This document shows, piece by piece, positions 1 to 8,898 of a stretch of 64,000 bases of DNA (position 1 is its first letter; every line of letters begins with the position of its first letter). The position numbers and the translations under genes are program-made. The notes below the pieces were generated by a model that saw only the letters and a list, made by a program, of their open reading frames with translations, made no database searches and had not been told where the DNA came from. Origin of the DNA: an uncultured Eubacteriales bacterium (GTDB taxonomy: Bacteria > Bacillota > Clostridia > Christensenellales > CAG-138). Location: positions 8,083 through 72,082 of the forward strand of contig CADAZC010000004.1 of the NCBI GenBank assembly GCA_902792295.1, written 5' to 3'.

Positions 1-55
1 AATTTGCGGGAACTTCGATCTCCATTCCGTTGATTTTCATATGAACTGTATCCAT
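1..55 (-). CDS. hydA: [FeFe]-hydrogenase catalytic subunit, first 18 codons only (gene runs off the window)
   Basis: The minus-strand ATG at 55-53 lies 5 nt after GGAGGA (rc of 61-66). It translates to MDTVHMKINGMEIEVPAN, typical of the 2Fe-2S N-domain start of HydA. It lies immediately downstream of the NuoF-like gene. Confidence 0.5.
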   Translation of the reverse strand, partial: MDTVHMKINGMEIEVPAN

Positions 56-66
56 GGTCGTCCTCC

Positions 67-1836
67 TTATTTCTTGATGATGGCCGAGAACTTACAGCCT
101 TCCATGCAGGCGCCGCACTTGATGCACTTCGACTGATCGATGACGTGCGGTTCCTTGACCTTGCCCGTGATTGCACCTGCGGGGCACTTGCGCGCGCAGA
201 GCGTGCAGCCGCGGCACTTGTCGGGCTGAATCTCATAATGCATGAGGTTCTTGCAGACGCCCGCCGGGCAGCGCTTTTCGACGACGTGCGCCTCGTACTC
301 GTCGCGGAAATACTTCAGCGTGGACAGAACCGGGTTCGGGGCCGTCTGACCGAGTGCGCACATTGCGTTCGCCTTGATGTAGTTGCAGAGCTCTTCCATC
401 TTGTCGAGATCCTCGAGCGTGCCGTTGCCCGCCGTGATCTTGTCAAGCATTTCGAGAAGACGTCTCGTACCGATACGGCACGGCGTGCACTTGCCGCAGC
501 TCTCGTCGACCGTGAAGTCGAGGAAGAAGCGCGCGACGTCGACCATACAGGTCGTTTCGTCCATGACGATCATACCGCCGGAGCCCATCATCGCGCCGAT
601 CTTGATCAGGTTGTCATAGTCGATCGGCAGATCGAGGTACTGCGCCGGGATGCAGCCGCCGGACGGACCGCCGGTCTGGACCGCTTTGAACTTCTTGCCG
701 TTCGGAATGCCGCCGCCGATGTCGTAGATGATCTCGCGGAGCGTGGTGCCCATCGGGATCTCAACAAGACCGGTGTTGACGATCTTGCCGCCGAGCGCAA
801 AGACCTTGGTGCCCTTGCTGCGTTCGGTACCCATGGATGCGAACCAATCGGCGCCCTTCAGAATGATCTGCGGGATGTTGGCGAGCGTTTCGACGTTGTT
901 GATGATCGTCGGCTGACCGAACAGACCCTTGTTCGCCGGGAACGGGGGCTTGTTTCTCGGCTCGCCGCGGTTGCCCTCGATGGAGGTCAGAAGCGCGGTC
1001 TCTTCGCCGCAAACGAACGCGCCTGCGCCGAGACGGACTTCGATGTCGAAATCGAATCCGGTGCCGAAGATATCCTTGCCGAGCAGGTTGTATTCACGTG
1101 CCTGACCGATTGCGATTTCAAGACGCTTGACCGCGATCGGGTACTCTGCACGGACGTAGATGAAGCCCTTGTTTGCGCCGATCGCATAGCCCGCGATCGC
1201 CATTGCTTCGAGGACCGCATGCGGGTCGCCTTCGAGGACGGAACGGTCCATGAACGCGCCGGGGTCGCCTTCGTCCGCGTTGCACACGACGTACTTCTGC
1301 GGAACCTTATTTCTTGCCGCGAAGTCCCACTTCATGCCGGTCGGGAAGCCCGCGCCGCCTCTGCCGCGAAGGCCGGAATCCTTCATGACCTGGATGACTT
1401 CTTCCGGGGTCATTTCGGTGAGCACCTTGCCGAGAGCGGAATAACCGTCCATCGCGATGTACTCGTCGATCTGTTCCGGGTTGATGACGCCGCAGTTGCG
1501 AAGCGCAACACGCATCTGCGTCTTGTAGAAGCCCGTTTCCTGCAGTCCCTCGGTCTCCCGATACACGAGACGGTCGACGACACGGCCCTTGAGGAGGTGT
1601 TCCGAAACGATCTCGGGAACGTCCTCGAGCTTCACGCGGCTGTAGAACGTGCCTTCAGGATACACGATCATAACCGGACCGAGTGCGCAAAGGCCGAAGC
1701 AGCCAGTGCGTACGACCTTGATTTCATCTGCAAGGCCGTTCAATGCGATCTGTTCTTCCAGCGCTTCCGCGATCTTGACGCTGCCGGAAGAGGTACAACC
1801 CGTACCGCCGCAAATCAAAACATGCGTACGAATCAT
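67..1836 (-). CDS. hydB: NADH-dependent [FeFe]-hydrogenase flavoprotein subunit (NuoF-like, HydB)
   Basis: 589-aa ORF. It has an N-terminal thioredoxin-like 2Fe-2S region (CGGTGC...CFGLC), the FMN/NADH site GRGGAGFPTGMKW, CGKCTPCR, and two C-terminal CxxCxxCxxxCP ferredoxin motifs. Confidence 0.93.
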   Translation of the reverse strand: MIRTHVLICGGTGCTSSGSVKIAEALEEQIALNGLADEIKVVRTGCFGLCALGPVMIVYPEGTFYSRVKLEDVPEIVSEHLLKGRVVDRLVYRETEGLQETGFYKTQMRVALRNCGVINPEQIDEYIAMDGYSALGKVLTEMTPEEVIQVMKDSGLRGRGGAGFPTGMKWDFAARNKVPQKYVVCNADEGDPGAFMDRSVLEGDPHAVLEAMAIAGYAIGANKGFIYVRAEYPIAVKRLEIAIGQAREYNLLGKDIFGTGFDFDIEVRLGAGAFVCGEETALLTSIEGNRGEPRNKPPFPANKGLFGQPTIINNVETLANIPQIILKGADWFASMGTERSKGTKVFALGGKIVNTGLVEIPMGTTLREIIYDIGGGIPNGKKFKAVQTGGPSGGCIPAQYLDLPIDYDNLIKIGAMMGSGGMIVMDETTCMVDVARFFLDFTVDESCGKCTPCRIGTRRLLEMLDKITAGNGTLEDLDKMEELCNYIKANAMCALGQTAPNPVLSTLKYFRDEYEAHVVEKRCPAGVCKNLMHYEIQPDKCRGCTLCARKCPAGAITGKVKEPHVIDQSKCIKCGACMEGCKFSAIIKK

Positions 1837-1851
1837 TCTGTCTTTCCTCCG

Positions 1852-2223
1852 TTATGCTTCCACCGCACCGATGGTGTATTTTGTGACGGGCTTGCCGCCG
1901 ATCAGATGCTCTTTAATGATCTCGGGAACCATTTCGGGCTTGACCTTGACGTAGGTCACGCGTTCCTTATCACCCTCAAACACCTCAACGATCGGCTCAA
2001 AGCGGCACATGCCGATGCAGCCGGTCTGCGTGACGGTCACGCGGTCGCCGAGGTTCTGCTCCGCAACCTGTTCCACAAAGGCGTTCAGAACGGGGCGCGC
2101 GCCTGCCGCGATACCGCAGGTCGCCATGCCGACGACAACACGGATTTCACCGGTGCCTTCCCGAAGAGCGACCTTGTTTTTCATTCTTTCACGAATTTGT
2201 GCAAGTTCTTCCAATGTTTTCAT
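1852..2223 (-). CDS. thioredoxin-like (2Fe-2S) ferredoxin
   Basis: 123-aa ORF carrying MATCGIAAGA ... TGCIGMCRFEP, the 2Fe-2S thioredoxin-like ferredoxin pattern. It is 15 nt upstream of hydB. Confidence 0.8.
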   Translation of the reverse strand: MKTLEELAQIRERMKNKVALREGTGEIRVVVGMATCGIAAGARPVLNAFVEQVAEQNLGDRVTVTQTGCIGMCRFEPIVEVFEGDKERVTYVKVKPEMVPEIIKEHLIGGKPVTKYTIGAVEA

Positions 2224-2262
2224 GTGATTGATCCTTTCATTAGTAGATTTTTCAGAATATCT

Positions 2263-2817
2263 TCAAGCCTCCGAAGCGTATTGCTCCGTCAGCATATCCC
2301 GGATCCAAGCGAGGACTTCGTACTCGTCCAGCGGAACGTCGTCCCCTAAAACCTGTCGGACCTCGCGCGTGTCGAGTTCGACCGTTCGGTCCGGCATCGT
2401 GTGCCGGAAAAGAAAATCCGTTTTCGCGCTTCCGCGAATCAGCAGCGTGATCGTGGAGACCACGTCGCCGAGCGGCGTAAAATCCAGGTGCGTCTTGTCG
2501 AACGTCGCGGAGATCTCCGTTCCGCAGTGTTCGGGATCGACCGCACGCTCCGTGGACCGGATCGTAAGCGCTCCCCCCGTCTGCTCTGCGGCAAGCTTCA
2601 GAAGCGGGATCCCCATGCCCACCTTGCGCGTGGTGCGCGTGGTGGAAAACGGGTCGACCACGGTTTTCAGAAAATCCTCGGACATTCCGTAGCCGTTGTC
2701 TTTGATCGTCAGCTTCAGCGAAGTTTCCGTTTCGTCCAGCAGGATCTCGATCAGCGTCGCTTCCGCACGGATCGAGTTTTGCGCAATATCGAGTATGTTT
2801 AAGCTGAGTTCCTTCAC
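2263..2817 (-). CDS. GHKL-type ATP-binding protein (histidine-kinase-like ATPase, no DHp or sensor domain)
   Basis: The GTG start at 2817 overlaps the upstream TGA (GTGA). N-box-like LDIAQNS, G1 DNGYGM and G2 GMGIPLL motifs are present. I trimmed the Arg-rich upstream extension of the ORF track. Confidence 0.75.
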   Translation of the reverse strand: MKELSLNILDIAQNSIRAEATLIEILLDETETSLKLTIKDNGYGMSEDFLKTVVDPFSTTRTTRKVGMGIPLLKLAAEQTGGALTIRSTERAVDPEHCGTEISATFDKTHLDFTPLGDVVSTITLLIRGSAKTDFLFRHTMPDRTVELDTREVRQVLGDDVPLDEYEVLAWIRDMLTEQYASEA

Positions 2818-3533
2818 AGCTTTCCCTCCCGAAGCTTTGAAAACAGCGCGTGCCGCACTGCGTTCGGATCGGTCTCGTCGGTGTCGAGCGTCATCGTGCC
2901 GCCCGCATCGCCGATTTCCCAAAGGCGATGCGCGTCCGAGCAGACGACGATCGTTCTCCCTTCGGCGAGTCCGGCGTTTTCGCGATCGCGAAGCTCCGCA
3001 ATCGGAAACGCAGGTTCCGGCGGAAATGCGCCGAGCACCGCCAGAAGCCCGTTTGCGTCGCGGTCGATGTGCGCCGGCCAGCAGACCCCGTGAAACGATG
3101 CGACCAGGTCGGCGGCAGACGAAAGATCCAGATCCGTTGCAGCGGGGAGAAAGTACGGATCCTCTCCGATCTTTTCGTCCCGCTCGTTCAGGATCGGCTG
3201 TTCGCCGAAGACCTCAACGCGGTTTTTGATCTTCATCCGGTGCTCCTTCACCGCCGCGCCGAAGGCAAGCGCCTCGTCAAGCGTTTCAAAGATGCACAGC
3301 AGATGAATATCCTCCGCCGTCGTCAGTTCCATGCCCGCGATCGGCACAATGCCGTATTCTTTGCATGCCGCGAAGAATGCCGGACAGTTGTCGACCGAGT
3401 TGTGGTCGGTCAGCGCAACGATGCCGAGTCCGACGAGATGCGCCATCCCCGCGATGTTGCAGGGCGTCATGTCCATGTCTCCGCAGGGAGACAGGCACGA
3501 ATGCAGATGCAGATCGTACGCAGCCGTCCTCAT
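2814..3533 (-). CDS. PHP-domain phosphoesterase
   Basis: 239 aa. It has DLHLHSCLSPCGD, ALTDHN and CSDAH metal-ligand motifs of the PHP fold. It overlaps both neighbouring genes by 4 nt. Confidence 0.8.
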   Translation of the reverse strand: MRTAAYDLHLHSCLSPCGDMDMTPCNIAGMAHLVGLGIVALTDHNSVDNCPAFFAACKEYGIVPIAGMELTTAEDIHLLCIFETLDEALAFGAAVKEHRMKIKNRVEVFGEQPILNERDEKIGEDPYFLPAATDLDLSSAADLVASFHGVCWPAHIDRDANGLLAVLGAFPPEPAFPIAELRDRENAGLAEGRTIVVCSDAHRLWEIGDAGGTMTLDTDETDPNAVRHALFSKLREGKL

Positions 3534-3859
3534 TTGAGCAGTGCGCCGACTTCGGTGCAGATCTCAAATGTGGACCGTTCGGAGAGCAGCAGGTTCAATC
3601 CGTGCAGCTTCGCCGCGTTGATTGCAGCTTCATCCGGACGAACGCCCTCGGAGAACACGATGCAGGCGCAGTCCGTCAGCTGCCCGACCGCCGCCACGTT
3701 CACGTTCGACATGATCGTGACCCAGCAGTCGCCGCTTTCGGCGCGTCCCATGACCCAGCTCAGAAGATCGCCCGCATAGCCGCCGGTGATCTCACGATCG
3801 CCGTCGGACAGGAGCAAAGGTTCGTATCCGGTTTTTTCGATCAGTTCGCTTACCGTCAT
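3530..3859 (-). CDS. DRTGG domain protein
   Basis: I trimmed the start to the ATG at 3859 (MTVSELIEKTGYEP...). The sequence LLSDGDREITGGYAGDLLS is DRTGG-like. The upstream gene ends at 3867. Confidence 0.7.
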   Translation of the reverse strand: MTVSELIEKTGYEPLLLSDGDREITGGYAGDLLSWVMGRAESGDCWVTIMSNVNVAAVGQLTDCACIVFSEGVRPDEAAINAAKLHGLNLLLSERSTFEICTEVGALLK

Positions 3860-3866
3860 GGCTTTC

Positions 3867-5150
3867 TCACTTTCCGTCGTCGCCTTCCAGTTCACGCAGA
3901 AGCTCACGCATGCGGATGACGCAGTCGTCAAGCTTGGATTCGCCCCGCACGACGTCCTCCGCGTGCGCACGGCAGGTCGGCGCTCCGCAGGAGCCGCAGT
4001 CCATGCCGGGCAGCATTTTCGTGATGCGTTCGATCTCCGCCATCATACGGAAGGATTGCATCCGGTCCGCGCCGAGAATTTCCGCCGTACTGTACTCGCC
4101 GGGCTCCACAGTCATCACGTCGCTCGGGATCGGTTCGTCCTCTCCGAGAATGACGTGGTTCTGCGAAACCGGCATATACCGCTGCAGCGCACGGATGCGC
4201 ACACGCGCGATATACGGATTCTCGACCGCCATGACGCCGCCGACGCAGCCGCCGGGGCAGGCGTTCATCTCGACGAATTTCAGGTCCGGGAAATGCCCCA
4301 TCTCGATATCGTCGAGCACGCGGATGATGTTCTCGATGCCGTCCGCCGCGAGGTAGTGGTCGTTCATCAGCGCGCTTGCTTCGCCGCCGGAGGACGACCA
4401 GCTCATGCCGATCATGCCGGTTTCCGACGTGATCTCCGGAACCTTCGAACGGTCCATTTTCGAAAGAACGCGGAAGTAGATGTCGCTCATGGAGACGACG
4501 TAGTCCACATAGCATTCCTTCTCTGCGGGCGTGTTCTTGACCCAGCTGACCTTGGCGGGGCACGGAGAGATGAACACCGTCTTGACGTCATCGGGCTTCA
4601 GCTCGGGATGCTCTTTGAGCGCACGTTCCTTTGCAAGCTTCCCCGCGACCTCAATCGGCGGTGAAATCGGAACCATCTTGCTGCGCAGAGACGGGAACCG
4701 GAGCGAGATGAGACGAACGACGACCGGACACGCCGTGCTGATAAACGGCGCATGCGACATGCCCATGCGCTGCATATACGTACGGGTATAGTCCGTGACC
4801 AGCTCCGCCGCCTTGGCAACCTCGAACACATCGTTGAATCCGAGATTCTTCAGTCCCTGCAGCAGATAGTCCGAATCGTCGAGATTCGCGAACTGACCGA
4901 GCAGCGAAGGCGCGGGAAGCGCGATCAGGTACTTGCTCCGGTCGAGAGAATCCCATTCGTCGAAATTCGCCCGCTTTGCCTTGTACGGGCAATGGCGGAT
5001 GCACTCGCCGCAGTCGATGCAGAGACTCGAATTGATACAAGCTTTTCCGTCGCGGATGCGGATCGCCTGCGTGGGGCAGCGGCGCAAGCAGGTAGTACAC
5101 CCCTTGCACCTGGACGCATCTAACGAGACAGAATGCTTGTAAACGATCAT
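3867..5150 (-). CDS. [FeFe]-hydrogenase-like protein, putative sensory type (H-domain plus 2x[4Fe-4S] plus a C-terminal Cys motif)
   Basis: 427 aa. CKGCTTCLRRCP and CIDCGECIRHCP are present. The H-cluster signatures are STACP (canonical TSCCP, with the first Cys replaced by Ala), SPCPAK and EMNACPGGCVGG. A C-terminal CGSCGAPTC...C motif follows. Confidence 0.85.
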   Translation of the reverse strand: MIVYKHSVSLDASRCKGCTTCLRRCPTQAIRIRDGKACINSSLCIDCGECIRHCPYKAKRANFDEWDSLDRSKYLIALPAPSLLGQFANLDDSDYLLQGLKNLGFNDVFEVAKAAELVTDYTRTYMQRMGMSHAPFISTACPVVVRLISLRFPSLRSKMVPISPPIEVAGKLAKERALKEHPELKPDDVKTVFISPCPAKVSWVKNTPAEKECYVDYVVSMSDIYFRVLSKMDRSKVPEITSETGMIGMSWSSSGGEASALMNDHYLAADGIENIIRVLDDIEMGHFPDLKFVEMNACPGGCVGGVMAVENPYIARVRIRALQRYMPVSQNHVILGEDEPIPSDVMTVEPGEYSTAEILGADRMQSFRMMAEIERITKMLPGMDCGSCGAPTCRAHAEDVVRGESKLDDCVIRMRELLRELEGDDGK

Positions 5151-5159
5151 GTTTCCTCC

Positions 5160-5594
5160 TTAAGCGGATCTGAATTTCATCTCGATCGTTGTGCCGACGC
5201 CGACGACGGAATCGATCTTGAGCTCATCCGAGTATCGCTTCATGTTCGGCAGACCCATGCCGGCGCCGAAGCCGAGCGAACGGATGTTGTCCGGAGCGGT
5301 GGAAAACCCTTCCTGCATCGCCTGCTCGACATCCTTGATGCCGGGGCCGACGTCCTTCAGGATCACCGTGATGCAGTCCGGCGTGACGTAAACGTCTGCG
5401 TCGCCGCCCTTTGCATGGATGACCATGTTGATTTCGCCCTCGTACATCGCAACGGAAATCCTGCGAATCAGATCGGGATGATATCCCATCTGCCGCAGCA
5501 TCCGCTTGACCTGTACGGATGCCTCGCCTGCGGACGTGAAGTTGTTTCCGTCCACATCGTAATGGAAATGGAGCGCGTTGCTGTCTTCCGTCAT
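5160..5594 (-). CDS. anti-sigma regulatory factor-like Ser/Thr kinase (HATPase_c_2 type)
   Basis: 144 aa with GEINMVIHAKGG, DVGPGI and GFGAGMGLPNM motifs. It has a 4-nt ATGA overlap with the upstream DRTGG gene. Confidence 0.75.
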   Translation of the reverse strand: MTEDSNALHFHYDVDGNNFTSAGEASVQVKRMLRQMGYHPDLIRRISVAMYEGEINMVIHAKGGDADVYVTPDCITVILKDVGPGIKDVEQAMQEGFSTAPDNIRSLGFGAGMGLPNMKRYSDELKIDSVVGVGTTIEMKFRSA

Positions 5595-5929
5595 CTTCCG
5601 AGCCCGCCTTCATACAATTTCCCGCTGGCCTCATACATCGTCAGCTTTGTTTCCAAAAGAGCGATCCGGTTTTCGGCGGCGAGACGCTTGATCTCCTCCG
5701 TCGCCGTCTTTCCGCGAACAATGATGATGCAGCGCATATCCAGCATGTGCGCGGTGCGGACGATCTGCGGGTTCAAAAGTCCCGTCAGCAGAACGTCGCG
5801 GTTTTCCGCAAATGCAAGAACGTCGCTCATCATGTCGCTGCCGAATGCGCCGGTCAGGTCTTCGTCGATCTGATCGGGTTCGGCATATACAACGGCGTCG
5901 ATTCGTTCGGCGATCTCCCGGATAGTCAT
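5591..5929 (-). CDS. DRTGG domain protein
   Basis: 112 aa. The sequence DVLLTGLLNPQIVRTAHMLDMRCIIIVRG fits the DRTGG family pattern. Confidence 0.7.
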   Translation of the reverse strand: MTIREIAERIDAVVYAEPDQIDEDLTGAFGSDMMSDVLAFAENRDVLLTGLLNPQIVRTAHMLDMRCIIIVRGKTATEEIKRLAAENRIALLETKLTMYEASGKLYEGGLGR

Positions 5930-5945
5930 ACTCGTTTCCTTTCGA

Positions 5946-6443
5946 TTATGCGCGGAATTTGTCCAAAATGCCCTTGACGTCGGCGGGAACCATTCTGCCG
6001 AAAACTTCGTCGTCGATCGTCATAACCGGAGCGAGACCGCAGCAGCCGAGGCAGCGCGTTGCTTCGAGCGTAAACTTGCCGTCGTTCGTGGTATGACCCG
6101 CCTTGATGCCGAGCTGACGCTCAAGCTCCGCAAGAATGTCCGCGGAACCCTTGACATAGCAGGCGGTACCGAGGCAGACGCGGATCAGATGCTCGCCCTT
6201 CGGCTCCAGCGTGAACCAGGAATAGAACGTGGAAACGCCGTAAACCTGCTCCAGCGAAACGCCGAGTCCTTCGGCGACCATCGTCTGCACCTCGATCGGC
6301 AGATAGCCGTAGATCTCCTGTGCCTTCTGCAGCACAGGCATCATTGCATCGCTGTGACCCTTGTACTGTGCAATAACTTCTTTCAGTTTGGCTTCCTGTT
6401 CGGGCGTACCCCTGAACGGGATTTCGGTGATTTTGTTCGTCAT
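5946..6443 (-). CDS. hydC: NADH-dependent [FeFe]-hydrogenase 2Fe-2S subunit (NuoE-like, HydC)
   Basis: 165 aa. The Cys ligands VCLGTACYVKG and RCLGCCGLAPV are typical of NuoE. A GGAGGATG RBS precedes the gene, which is first in the operon. Confidence 0.9.
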   Translation of the reverse strand: MTNKITEIPFRGTPEQEAKLKEVIAQYKGHSDAMMPVLQKAQEIYGYLPIEVQTMVAEGLGVSLEQVYGVSTFYSWFTLEPKGEHLIRVCLGTACYVKGSADILAELERQLGIKAGHTTNDGKFTLEATRCLGCCGLAPVMTIDDEVFGRMVPADVKGILDKFRA

Positions 6444-6690
6444 ACATCCTCCTTAAAAGATGAGATTATTGACCATCGAATATTATAGCATACACTTCCC
6501 GCAATTTCCATAGATTTTTTCAACATCTTTTTCTATATTTTTCTCTTGTTTTGACGATTAAAGAGCTTTCTTCACGAAAAATCCGCAAAAACTTTGCAAA
6601 AAATTAAGTTTGCATACTTTCCTTTTTCATTTAAATCGTGTATGATAAGGGTACACATTAGGAGTACTATATTATGGAAGGGGAATACAT

Positions 6691-7566
6691 ATGGCAAAGA
6701 AACTGAAATTCAAACCCACTCCTGCCGGTATACTGTTTCTGTCGGCGATCGGCGTTCTGTTGATCGCGATCATCATTCTGACGATCGTCGGCGTCTCTCG
6801 CTGCAAGAAGAATGACACCCGCATCAATCCCGTCACCAGCGCAGAGCCGGTCGAGAGTCTTGAACCGGTCGAATCCGTCGAACCGAGCGAAACGCCCGCC
6901 GCGGTCACTCCCGATACGAGCACGGAACCCGAGAATACGACCGATCCGGACGCATCACCCATCACCGGTGAAGCGACGCCCGCTTCCGGTGAAACGAGCG
7001 GTCCCGGCGCCATCGTGATCACCACCCCCGGCTCCGGATCGTCCACCGCAGGCACGAGCGCTTCTCCGGCGGCAACGACCAAGTATTACACTTCGCCGAC
7101 CACCACGATGAAGAACCACTCGCAGAAGGGCTATATCAATGCGGATAAGGTCAATATGCGCAAAGAGCCGAACAAGAACGCGAAGCTCGTAAAGGAGAAG
7201 ATTCCGAAGAACACCGCCGTTACGCTCTATGTTGAGCAGGAGGGCTGGTGGTTCCTGAAGTGCGGCGACAAGTACGGCTACATCAAGAAGGACTACATCA
7301 GCAAGGGCTCCGCTCCGACCGCAGCCGCTTCCAGCAGCAACGCTACCGGCAAGGTCGTCGCATCCAAGATCGCACTCAGAAAGAGCGCAGATGAAAACTC
7401 CGAGTGCATCAAGGAATACTCCAACGGCGAGCAGCTTACCATCTACTGGTCCGAGAAGGGCAAGGACGGCAAGAAATGGTATTATGTCAAGACCAGCGAC
7501 GGAAAGAAGGGCTATATGTTCGCCGAATACGTCAAGGTCACCAACGGCAAGGTCACCGCAAAATAG
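6691..7566 (+). CDS. membrane-anchored protein with two bacterial SH3 domains
   Basis: 291 aa. It has an N-terminal TM helix, a Pro/Thr/Glu/Ser-rich linker, then two SH3b-like units (GYINADKVNMRKEPN..., KVVASKIALRKSADE...). The RBS is GGAAGGGG. Confidence 0.8.
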   Translation: MAKKLKFKPTPAGILFLSAIGVLLIAIIILTIVGVSRCKKNDTRINPVTSAEPVESLEPVESVEPSETPAAVTPDTSTEPENTTDPDASPITGEATPASGETSGPGAIVITTPGSGSSTAGTSASPAATTKYYTSPTTTMKNHSQKGYINADKVNMRKEPNKNAKLVKEKIPKNTAVTLYVEQEGWWFLKCGDKYGYIKKDYISKGSAPTAAASSSNATGKVVASKIALRKSADENSECIKEYSNGEQLTIYWSEKGKDGKKWYYVKTSDGKKGYMFAEYVKVTNGKVTAK

Positions 7567-7578
7567 TCTCATGACTGC

Positions 7579-7609
7579 AAAGACCCGCGAATATCGCGGG
7601 TCTTTTTTT
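7579..7609. terminator. bidirectional intrinsic terminator between convergent genes
   Basis: An 8-bp GC stem pairs GACCCGCG (7582-7589) with CGCGGGTC (7595-7602). A T7 run follows and an A-run precedes. Confidence 0.85.
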
Positions 7610-7617
7610 ATACGCAA

Positions 7618-8442
7618 TCAGAATCCTCGGTTTTTGAGATCGTGGACAATCTCGACGTAGAAGTCCGTGATGTCGCGCACGTCCTTCCCCGTCTTTTGGG
7701 AAAACGCGGAACGGCGGAAGTCAATCTCATCCAGATGCGAAATGCCGCGGCGCGTATTGCCGCGAATCTCAATGCAGCGCTCGCCCCATCTTGCCGATTC
7801 CGCGGAGACGAGTCCGTCGTTCGGTCCCTCGATGCGGTTCAGCACGAAGCACGCCGTGGAAAGGTTGATATCCGAAAACGGACGGCGCATAACGCCTGCC
7901 ACGCTCTGATAAAACACGCCGGGCGCATCCGGGTTCTCGGCGTTGAACCGTTCCATATGCGAAACGGCAAACTCCTCGCATACGCGGCGGAAGTCCGGCT
8001 CGCGGTCGCCGATCAGCCGGATCCAGTTGTTGACCGCGAACGCGGCGATCGAAAAGAACACACGCGGCGCACGGAGAAAGATGCTGAATGTCTTGGATCC
8101 GCGGTGCGGCGTACCGATCGTGGTGATGCTTGCGATCCGGTCGGCACAGTTCAGCGAGGACGCCGCCATGCGCGCCTCGAGACCGCCCTTTGAATGCGCG
8201 ATGATGTTCACCTTCTTCGCGCCGGTCTCCTTCAGTACCGCGTCGATGCGTTCGCAGAGCGCGTGCGCATTCGTCTCCGTGCTCGCCCAGCAGTCCTGTT
8301 CGCCGAAAAAGACCGTCGCGCCGTGCGAGCGCAGAACGTTCGGAATCCGCCCCCAGTAGACCGGCGTTTTGAGATCGCGGAAGCCCGCGCCGTGCACAAG
8401 CAGGATCGGATATTCGGTTTTGCAGACGACGGATTCGATCAC
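7618..8442 (-). CDS. alpha/beta-hydrolase lipase/esterase
   Basis: 274 aa. It has the oxyanion region ILLVHG and the nucleophile elbow AHSKGG (GxSxG class, as in Bacillus LipA-type lipases). Confidence 0.8.
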   Translation of the reverse strand: MIESVVCKTEYPILLVHGAGFRDLKTPVYWGRIPNVLRSHGATVFFGEQDCWASTETNAHALCERIDAVLKETGAKKVNIIAHSKGGLEARMAASSLNCADRIASITTIGTPHRGSKTFSIFLRAPRVFFSIAAFAVNNWIRLIGDREPDFRRVCEEFAVSHMERFNAENPDAPGVFYQSVAGVMRRPFSDINLSTACFVLNRIEGPNDGLVSAESARWGERCIEIRGNTRRGISHLDEIDFRRSAFSQKTGKDVRDITDFYVEIVHDLKNRGF

Positions 8443-8888
8443 AGTTGCGAAAGGATCGCGCGCGCGGCGTCGGGATTCTTTTTCGGCTCCTTCACGTGCA
8501 GGATCGCCGCGTCCGGGAGGCGTTTTTTGATCTGCTCCTCCGCCTTCTTTGCTTCGCCGCTGCCGGAATACAGCACGAACGTAACCTTCCTGCCGGCGAA
8601 ATCGACGTCGCGAAGAACGGTATTGACCGGACAGGACAGGCGCCCGTTCCAGACCGGCGAGCCGACCACGACCTCGTCAAAGGCGGAAACGTCCGTATCG
8701 TACGGCTTCAGCGGTTCGCAATACCTGCGTCCCGCGTTGAATCCGCCCTGCAGGATTTGAAAGAAAAACGATTTCGGCGGTTTTTTCGCCGTTTCGACCT
8801 TGCGGATTGCAAAGCCATTGTCCTTCAGGCATTCCGCGGCGAAGTCGCCGTTGCCGGACAGCGTATAATAAATGAACAGCTTGCTCAT
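8439..8888 (-). CDS. flavodoxin-family protein
   Basis: 149 aa. The N-terminus IYYTLSGNG and the sequence VVVGSPVWNGR are flavodoxin-like. It overlaps the lipase gene by 4 nt. Confidence 0.65.
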   Translation of the reverse strand: MSKLFIYYTLSGNGDFAAECLKDNGFAIRKVETAKKPPKSFFFQILQGGFNAGRRYCEPLKPYDTDVSAFDEVVVGSPVWNGRLSCPVNTVLRDVDFAGRKVTFVLYSGSGEAKKAEEQIKKRLPDAAILHVKEPKKNPDAARAILSQL

Positions 8889-8898
8889 GGGGCCCTCC

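Noticed and set aside
145-2349. A 734-aa plus-strand ORF across hydB and the ferredoxin gene.
   Set aside because: It is antisense to two genes with unmistakable NuoF and ferredoxin motifs. Its product is Arg/Ala/Asp/Val-rich low-complexity sequence typical of shadow ORFs in GC-rich DNA, and it has no RBS.
3530-3970. Long N-terminal extensions in the ORF track, for example 3530-3970, 9979-11034, 32992-33471, 33652-34098, 42870-43481, 43593-44192, 47347-49182, 57452-58702 and 58668-59825.
   Set aside because: In each case an internal ATG or GTG preceded by a GGAGG-type RBS gives the conserved protein N-terminus. The extension overlaps the upstream gene or its terminator, so I trimmed the starts accordingly.
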